This document shows, one piece after another, positions 57,733 to 64,000 of a DNA stretch of 64,000 bases. Where the stretch lies: assembly GCA_963741955.1 (NCBI GenBank), contig CAVUKB010000005.1, forward strand, positions 384,001 to 448,000. The letters run 5' to 3'. How positions within the stretch are numbered: the stretch's first letter is position 1; every line of letters starts with the position of its first letter. Made by a program: the position numbers and the translations under genes. The notes under the pieces are model-generated. The model worked only from the letters and a program-made list of their open reading frames with translations, was not told the origin of the DNA and searched no databases. This DNA comes from an uncultured Acidobacteriota bacterium. GTDB taxonomy: Bacteria > Acidobacteriota > Thermoanaerobaculia > Gp7-AA8.

Positions 57733-58485
57733 TTCCGCGAAGCGGGTCGCGCGTTCCGCGGGTCGCGCGTCCTGTGGGTCGCGCGTCTCGCGCGAGGCTC
57801 CCCGGCATCCTGCCGGGGAGCGATGGCGGCAACGCCACGCAAAACGCGCATCTCGCGCCGCAGTCCGTTCGTCTCTCGACTCTCGGGACGATCCTCGTAT
57901 CTCGCACCAGGCAGGGCGGCGCGGGACGCCGCCCTGCATCGGGCGAGGACGCCCAACCCACGACTGTGGGTCGCGCGTCTCGCGCGAGGCTCCCCGGCAT
58001 CCTGCCGGGGAGCGATGGCGGCAACCAAACGCGGATCGCTCCTCTCGCGCCGCAGTCCGTTCGTCTCTCGACTCTCGGGACGATCCTTGTATCTCGCACC
58101 AGGCAGGGCGGCGCGGGACGCCGCCCTGCATCGGGCGAGGACGCCCAACCCACGACTGTGGGTCGCGCGTCTCGCGCGAGGCTCCCCGGCATCCTGCCGG
58201 GGAGCGATGGCGGCAACCAAACGCGGATCGCTCCTCTCGCGCCGCAGTCCGTTCGTCTCTCGACTCTCGGGACGATCCTCGTATCTCGCACCAGGCAGGG
58301 CGGCGCGGGACGCCGCCCTGCATCGGGCGAGGACGCCCAACCCACTGGGCATCGGGCGAGGACGCCCAACCCACTGGGCATCGGACGGGACGTCCAACCC
58401 ACGACTGTGGGTCGCGCGTCTCGCGCGAGGCTCCCCGGCATCCTGCCGGGGACTGGAGTTTGGCGTTTCTCGAGCAAGGCGCGAG

Positions 58486-59898
58486 CTACGAAGTGGCGTA
58501 CTGGACAGCCATTTCGGGGGTGACAGCGGATTTCGAGCGCTTCAGGTGTCGTGCGACGGGGGTCTGGAAGTCGGTGAAATTGGGGGGTTCGAAGTTGCGG
58601 ATGTGGCGAATGCAGGCGGATCGCATCGCGCGAAGGTACTGGCCGGTGGGTATTCGCCACTGATCGGGGATATCGTTGTCTCTCCACTTGGGCATCAGTT
58701 CGGGGGGCGCAGTGGAGCCGAGGCCGAAGCAATCGGCGGCAGCGAGGAGCATCATCGAGTAGACGGCTACGGCGAAAGCGGGCAGCGAGTCGACCGATCG
58801 CCGGTTGCGCACCTGCGCCTGGCCGACACCGAAGATCTGCTTTTCGTCGCGGTGATTGACCTCGATATCCCAGCGGCGGAAGTAGGCTTGGACGAGCTCG
58901 ACGAGCGAGAGTTTCAGGTCGGTACAGATCAGGAACGCCGGTTTGCGATACAGCAGGCGTGATTTCTTGCGGAGCCGATAGCCCAGTGGCCGGATCACGA
59001 CGAGCCGCAGAGGCAGTTCATAACCCGAAGTTTTCCAAAGCACGGGACCGATGGTCTTGATCGAACAGGCGTGTTCACGACCCGAGGCCCAGACTTGGAC
59101 CTGTTGCCAGTCGATGGATTGGTCCACGCGGAGTTGATCGGGTGTTGGGGCCTGATCGCCATACCAGCGCTTGCGTCCGCGAAGCGGTTGAGAGTTTGGA
59201 GGAAAGAACAGCTTCGCGTCGCCTCGGATGCGACCGATCAGGATCGTTCGTTCCGGCAAGTTCCGCAGAACCGTACGGTTGGTGTAACCGCCGTCAACCA
59301 CCGGCATCAGCACGCGCTCGCTCGCTCCGAGCTGGTCAAAGTCCTTGCGAGTTTGGATCAGCAGACGCGTTGCACCGATGGAAAGATTCTGCTCTTTCTG
59401 CTGGCGACGATACTCGGCACGTTCCTGCTCGGTTGCTCCGGCCCCCGGGCGAACCGCCGGAGGCTGGTGATTGAACCGGATCGGGAAGCTGCGCGCCGGA
59501 CCGGCAGACTGGCCAGTTAAAGGAACACTGATCGCAGCCTGAATGAACCGTTGGGCGCGGATCAAGTTCGTGTGGAAAGGCGGCGACATCGGATCGCGCT
59601 GATAACTCACGCCTGGGATCTTCATGCCCGTCTTGCGCAACTTCGTGTCATCCAGCGGCAGCACCAGCGGTGCGTCGAGCGGCAAGTACGCGAGCAGGTG
59701 TCGTTCGATGACTCTGAACATCTCGCTCACATCGAACCGACCCTCCGAGAAAACGCGATAGTCTGCCGACCAGTCCTGCTGCGGATCGCGGCCTGCTTCA
59801 ATCATTCCGCTTACCGTGTGTCGCCCGGTGCAGTTGAGCAGGCCGATGGCCAACCCACGAACCCGCTGAAGCACCCGAGCATCACAGGATCCATTCAA
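58486..59898 (-). CDS. DDE transposase (IS701/IS4 superfamily-like); true start uncertain
   Basis: LDDTKLRK, VVDGGY, GRKRWYG, YFRRWDIEVNHRDEK (Y-2-R-3-E-6-K signature). Confidence 0.9.
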   Translation of the reverse strand: MNGSCDARVLQRVRGLAIGLLNCTGRHTVSGMIEAGRDPQQDWSADYRVFSEGRFDVSEMFRVIERHLLAYLPLDAPLVLPLDDTKLRKTGMKIPGVSYQRDPMSPPFHTNLIRAQRFIQAAISVPLTGQSAGPARSFPIRFNHQPPAVRPGAGATEQERAEYRRQQKEQNLSIGATRLLIQTRKDFDQLGASERVLMPVVDGGYTNRTVLRNLPERTILIGRIRGDAKLFFPPNSQPLRGRKRWYGDQAPTPDQLRVDQSIDWQQVQVWASGREHACSIKTIGPVLWKTSGYELPLRLVVIRPLGYRLRKKSRLLYRKPAFLICTDLKLSLVELVQAYFRRWDIEVNHRDEKQIFGVGQAQVRNRRSVDSLPAFAVAVYSMMLLAAADCFGLGSTAPPELMPKWRDNDIPDQWRIPTGQYLRAMRSACIRHIRNFEPPNFTDFQTPVARHLKRSKSAVTPEMAVQYATS

Positions 59899-59938
59899 TT
59901 CGTCGAAGATCGCGTTGAATGAGCGAAGAAGATTTCGA

Positions 59939-60148
59939 TCAGCGTTTTTTTTTGACCCGCTTCGCTTCGACGGTTCCGGTCGGATCCTTTGCCCGCTTGA
60001 GGATCAGCGTTCGCTTGTCCTCGATGACCCATTCGACGATCTCACCGCGAATGAATTCACAAGCTTGGGCCACGGCCGCGGGAAGGTTCACGTACCACTG
60101 CCTGCTCTTTGCACGAGCGATCAGCTGCACTTTGGTTGGAAATCCCAT
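59939..60148 (-). CDS. AbrB/MazE/SpoVT-like DNA-binding protein (69 aa) inside the IS
   Basis: AAGGAGG RBS; [10 protein letters not shown]...[34 protein letters not shown] fits the swapped-hairpin pattern. Confidence 0.78.
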   Translation of the reverse strand: MGFPTKVQLIARAKSRQWYVNLPAAVAQACEFIRGEIVEWVIEDKRTLILKRAKDPTGTVEAKRVKKKR

Positions 60149-60560
60149 GGTGACCTCCTTCTGGTCTAGTGATATAACTAGATACCACGGGACGAAAAAA
60201 AAGTCCAGAATTCCTGGACTTCCGCCCAACGACTCCGAGTTCCGCCAAACTCCAGTCCCCGGCATCCTGCCGGGGAGCGATGGCAGCAATCAAACGCAGA
60301 TCCCGCCTCTCGCGCCGCGGTCCGTTCGTCTCTCGACTCTCGGGACGATCCTTGTATCTCGCACCAGGCAGGGCGGCGCGGGACGCCGCCCTGCATCGGG
60401 CGAGGACGCCCAACCCACTGGGCACCGGACGGGATGTCCAACCCACTCGAGCATCGGACGGGACCTTCAGTCATCGAACAGGACGTCCAACCCGCTTGCC
60501 CGGGCTCGGGTTGAGCCCGGACCCACTCTCGCGAGATACTCCGCACCCGGAGGTCCTTCA

Positions 60561-61865
60561 ATGCGTTCTCATCTCGCCCTCTTCACCATTCTCCTCGCCG
60601 CGTCGCTGCTCGTTCCGCAGGCTGCATCCGCAGCCGATGCCGCGCCCACGAACGTCCTCCTCCGCCCGGAGCGCGTCTTCGACGCCGTCAGCACCACGCC
60701 GCACGACGGCTGGGTCGTCCTGGTCACCGGGGACCGCATCGCTGCAGTCGGACCGGCCGCCGAGGTGAAGGCACCCGCAGGGGCGCAGGTGATCGACCTC
60801 CCGGGCATGACGCTTCTCCCGGGACTGATCGACGCGCACTCCCACATCTTCCTCCACCCCTACAACGAGACGCTCTGGAACGATCAAGTGCTGAAGGAAG
60901 CGCTCGCGTACCGGACCATCCTCGCGGTGAACCACTCGCGGGACACGCTGATGGCGGGATTCACTACGCTCCGCGATCTCGGAACCGAGGGGGCGGGTTA
61001 CGCGGATCTCTCGGTGAAGCAGGCCATTGAAGAGGGACGCATCCCCGGACCGCGGCTTTTCGTTGCGACGCGCGCCATCGTGGCGACGGGAAGCTATGGC
61101 CCCGGACCACGTGGCTTCGCTCCGGAGTTCGTTCCGCCGAAAGGGGCGGAAGAAGTGAGCGGCACGGCGGAGATTCTCAAAGCCGTGCGCGAGCAGGTCG
61201 GACACGGCGCCGACTGGGTGAAGGTGTACGCCGACTACCGCCGCGGCCCCGGCGGGACGGCTGCGCCGACCTTCTCGCTCGACGAGTTGAAGACGCTCGT
61301 CGATGAAGCACACAGCGCGGGACGCGAAGTCTCCGCACACGCGACCACAGCCGAAGGGATGCGACGCGCGGTGATGGCCGGCGTCGACACGATCGAGCAC
61401 GGCTACGGCGGGACGGACGACGTATTCAAACTGATGGCGGAGAAGGGCGTCGCGTTCTTCCCCACTCTCACTGCTGAAGAAGCGTACGGCGAATACTTCG
61501 AGGGGTACAAGCGCGGCACGAAACCGCTCACGCCCGGGATGCAGCAGGCGCTGCACGCGTTTCAGCTGGCGATGAAGGACGGCGTGACCATCGGATGCGG
61601 CAGCGACGTCGGCGTTTTCACGCACGGCGAGAACTACCGCGAAGTCGAGTGGATGGTGAAAGGCGGCATGACTCCGGTCCAGGCGCTCATGGCCGCCACC
61701 GCGGTCGACGCAAAAGTCCTCGGGCAGCAGGACCGCTTCGGCCGCGTGGAGAAAGGCCTTCTCGCCGATCTCATCGCCGTCCCCGGCGACCCGACGAAGG
61801 ACATCACCGCGATCGAGACCGTCCCGTTCGTGATGAAAGGCGGAGTGATCTACAAGCGGCCCTGA
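60561..61865 (+). CDS. Secreted amidohydrolase (Xaa-Pro dipeptidase/imidazolonepropionase-like)
   Basis: GGAGG RBS, signal peptide, [31 protein letters not shown]. Confidence 0.9.
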   Translation: MRSHLALFTILLAASLLVPQAASAADAAPTNVLLRPERVFDAVSTTPHDGWVVLVTGDRIAAVGPAAEVKAPAGAQVIDLPGMTLLPGLIDAHSHIFLHPYNETLWNDQVLKEALAYRTILAVNHSRDTLMAGFTTLRDLGTEGAGYADLSVKQAIEEGRIPGPRLFVATRAIVATGSYGPGPRGFAPEFVPPKGAEEVSGTAEILKAVREQVGHGADWVKVYADYRRGPGGTAAPTFSLDELKTLVDEAHSAGREVSAHATTAEGMRRAVMAGVDTIEHGYGGTDDVFKLMAEKGVAFFPTLTAEEAYGEYFEGYKRGTKPLTPGMQQALHAFQLAMKDGVTIGCGSDVGVFTHGENYREVEWMVKGGMTPVQALMAATAVDAKVLGQQDRFGRVEKGLLADLIAVPGDPTKDITAIETVPFVMKGGVIYKRP

Positions 61866-61927
61866 TCCGGCTCTCCAACGACCTCGGCAGTCGCCCCGGC
61901 GAAGATGCGCTATCATCATGGCTTCCC

Positions 61928-63460
61928 ATGATCGATACGCCGCTCTCCCGTCGCGACGCGCTCCGGGTACTGGGCCTCACCATGGCCTCGCTCCCGTTCA
62001 TGCGAGGTCTCCGAGCAGAGGACGTCCCGACGCCGAACGTCATCTTCATCATGACCGACGATCAGCGGAAGGACGCGATGAGCGCGTACGGCAATACCAT
62101 CCTGAAAACGCCGAACATGGACCGGATCGCGAACGGCGGGGTCAGGTTCGAGGAAGCGTTCGTCACCAATTCTCTCTGCGCGCCGAGCCGCGCTTCGTTC
62201 CTCACCGGCCTCTACTCGCACTCCCACGGGGTCATCACCAACGGCGATGGACCACAGTTCTACAACGGTCCCGGTCTTCCGAAGGACCAGCCGACCTGGC
62301 CACAGCTTCTCCATGAAGCCGGCTACCACACCGGACTGGTCGGGAAGTGGCACCTCAAGTCGCAACCGACCGGATTCGACGACTGGGTCATCTTCCCGTG
62401 GCAGGGGGAGTACCACGATCCGGAGATGCTGGCGAAGGGAGTCCCGCTCCGTATGCGCGGTCATGCTGACGACGTGGTCGGCGATCAGGCGCTCGAGTTC
62501 CTCCGCAAGCGACCGCGGGATCGTCCGTTCTGCCTCCTCTACCAGTTCAAATCCCCGCATCGCACCTGGGGTCCCGCGAAGCGTTTCGCCCACACGTTCG
62601 ACGACATCGAGATCCCCGTTCCCCGCACCTTCGAAGACCGCCTGGTTGGAAGACCCGAAGCGGTCCGTGCCGCGGAGATGGAACTGGAGAACATGCCCGA
62701 TTACCGCGATCGCGTTCCTCTCTCCCTTCCTCCCGAAGAGCGGAAACGGAGAAACCTGCAGATCATGGTGAAGGACTACTATCGCGTGCTCCTGAGCGTC
62801 GACGAGAATGTCGGCCGCGTTCTGGACTTTCTCGACGAGCAGAAGCTCACCACCGACACGATCGTCATCTACACCTCAGACAACGGATTCTTCCTCGGCG
62901 AGCACGGCCTGTTCGACAAGCGGCTGATGTACGAGCCGTCGATCCGCATCCCGTTCGCGGTTCGCTATCCGCGGCGCGTTCCGGAAGGAGTGGTCGACCG
63001 GTCGCACATGATCCTCAACGTCGACGTGATGCCGACCGTCCTCCAGTTCGCGGGTGTTCCCGTCCCGCCGCGGCTGCAGGGCCGGAGCATGGTGCCGATC
63101 CTCGAGGGAGCCGACGTGCCGTGGCGCGACGCCTTCCTCTACGAGTACTACGAATATCCGGCCGGACACTGCGTGCGGAAGAACCGCGGCGTGCGAACCG
63201 GACGATGGAAGCTGATTCACTTCTTCGAACAGCCGGAAGAGTGGGAGCTTTACGATCTGAAGAATGATCCCGACGAGACGAAGAACCTGGCGTCCGATCC
63301 GAAATACGCGAGTGTCAGGACGTCGCTGATCGCGAGAATGGCCGAGCTGCGGAAAGAGCTCGGCGACAGCGATCCGCCCGGGCCTCCGCCGCGCGCGCAG
63401 GGCTGCCACGAGGGACATGCGTTGGGGTGGAGCGACTCCCCCACCGCGGTGCCGAAGTAG
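61928..63460 (+). CDS. Tat-exported sulfatase (N-acetylglucosamine-6-sulfatase-like)
   Basis: SRRDALRVLG twin-arginine, PNVIFIMTDD, CAPSR, GKWHL, SDNG, DKRLMYE. Confidence 0.92.
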   Translation: MIDTPLSRRDALRVLGLTMASLPFMRGLRAEDVPTPNVIFIMTDDQRKDAMSAYGNTILKTPNMDRIANGGVRFEEAFVTNSLCAPSRASFLTGLYSHSHGVITNGDGPQFYNGPGLPKDQPTWPQLLHEAGYHTGLVGKWHLKSQPTGFDDWVIFPWQGEYHDPEMLAKGVPLRMRGHADDVVGDQALEFLRKRPRDRPFCLLYQFKSPHRTWGPAKRFAHTFDDIEIPVPRTFEDRLVGRPEAVRAAEMELENMPDYRDRVPLSLPPEERKRRNLQIMVKDYYRVLLSVDENVGRVLDFLDEQKLTTDTIVIYTSDNGFFLGEHGLFDKRLMYEPSIRIPFAVRYPRRVPEGVVDRSHMILNVDVMPTVLQFAGVPVPPRLQGRSMVPILEGADVPWRDAFLYEYYEYPAGHCVRKNRGVRTGRWKLIHFFEQPEEWELYDLKNDPDETKNLASDPKYASVRTSLIARMAELRKELGDSDPPGPPPRAQGCHEGHALGWSDSPTAVPK

Positions 63461-63629
63461 TCGAGAAACTCCGCGAGCGACCATCTCGCGCTCCGCGAAC
63501 CCGCTCCCGCCCCGTCCGAAGCGAGCTCTCGGGCTTTTCCATTTTTCCTGCCGAATTCACCGGATTCGAATGGTAATCGTGCGCGAGATCACGTCCGTCG
63601 CTCGATCCTGTCTTACAATAGTTCTCTAA

Positions 63630-64000
63630 ATGGTCCCATCCTTGTTCGGACTTCTGGATTCATTTCCAGCGGTAGAGGTGGTGCGTTTTCTGGTCGCCCG
63701 CGCGATGTCGGGGACGCTCTCCATTGCCTCCGGCGGCGGATTCGAGATCGTGTTCCGTCGCGGCCGCATCGTCGCTGCGTCCTGCCGCGGAGAGAACGCG
63801 GCCTCGGCTGCCGCGGAGATCGCGATTCGCGCGATGCTTCAGTGGACCGGAACGTTCTCGTTCGCAGATTCGATCGGCGATCCCGCCGGCTCCGTCGATC
63901 TCGATCCCGCCCAGTTGATCGCCACGGTGGAGGAACGCATCGATCAGAGCGTCCACTACCCGGCCGGCTCCGTCTTCCTTCTCGCCCGCGACATCGAAAC
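63630..64000 (+). CDS. DUF4388-like domain protein, 3' end outside window
   Basis: Hand translation MVPSLFGLLDSFPAVEVVRFLVARAMSGTLSI...FRRGRIVAA...WTGTFSF; TACAAT upstream; open to window end. Confidence 0.6.
   Translation, partial: MVPSLFGLLDSFPAVEVVRFLVARAMSGTLSIASGGGFEIVFRRGRIVAASCRGENAASAAAEIAIRAMLQWTGTFSFADSIGDPAGSVDLDPAQLIATVEERIDQSVHYPAGSVFLLARDIE

Larger units (their letters stand above)
58453..60255 (-). mobile_element. 1803-bp insertion sequence (IS701/IS4-like DDE) with 21-bp target duplication
   Basis: 13-bp perfect TIR CTGGAGTTTGGCG; direct repeat TCCCCGGCATCCTGCCGGGGA at 58432-58452 and 60256-60276. Confidence 0.93.
57772..60495. repeat. Tandem 192-bp multi-hairpin REP-like array, fourth unit split by an IS
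   Basis: Units start at 57772, 57964, 58156 and 58405; unit 4 resumes at 60256; short partial sub-repeats at about 58347-58404 and 60419-60495. Confidence 0.93.

Noticed and set aside
57513-58962. Several long overlapping ORFs across the 192-bp array
   Set aside because: 192 is a multiple of 3 and the unit is GC-rich and stop-poor, so frames stay open; translations are Arg/Pro/Ala-rich with no motifs.
58444-60264. Longer (about 22-bp) terminal inverted repeats for the IS
   Set aside because: The extra complementarity comes from the palindromic target duplication; the intact units fix the IS ends at 58453 and 60255.
59919-60560. N-terminal extension of the 648-aa amidohydrolase ORF
   Set aside because: It runs through IS and REP DNA; the RBS and signal peptide indicate a start at 60561.

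Overview
GC-rich bacterial chromosome segment of about 60 genes; no rRNA, tRNA, cas or phage genes were recognised. Gene content and one protease C-terminal domain suggest Acidobacteriota (Thermoanaerobaculia-like), which is inference only. Housekeeping genes include lnt-prfB (programmed +1 frameshift), pdhABC, yebC-ruvC, der, a UvrD-family helicase, a stand-alone 5'-3' exonuclease, a fused 2-oxoacid dehydrogenase E1 and a split class I fumarase. There is also a polyprenyl-phosphate/GDP-mannose glycosylation cluster, a convergent c-di-GMP gene pair, an MrpA-less Mrp/Mbh-type antiporter operon and several secreted hydrolases. Intergenic DNA holds at least five repeat families. The strongest novelty candidate is an 1803-bp IS (58453-60255). 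It carries an AbrB-like ORF joined to an IS701/IS4-like DDE transposase across an A9 run, and it has inserted into a hairpin of a 192-bp tandem array, duplicating 21 bp of that hairpin. All calls come from reading the sequence by eye; no searches were run, and several start codons were re-chosen relative to the ORF track.
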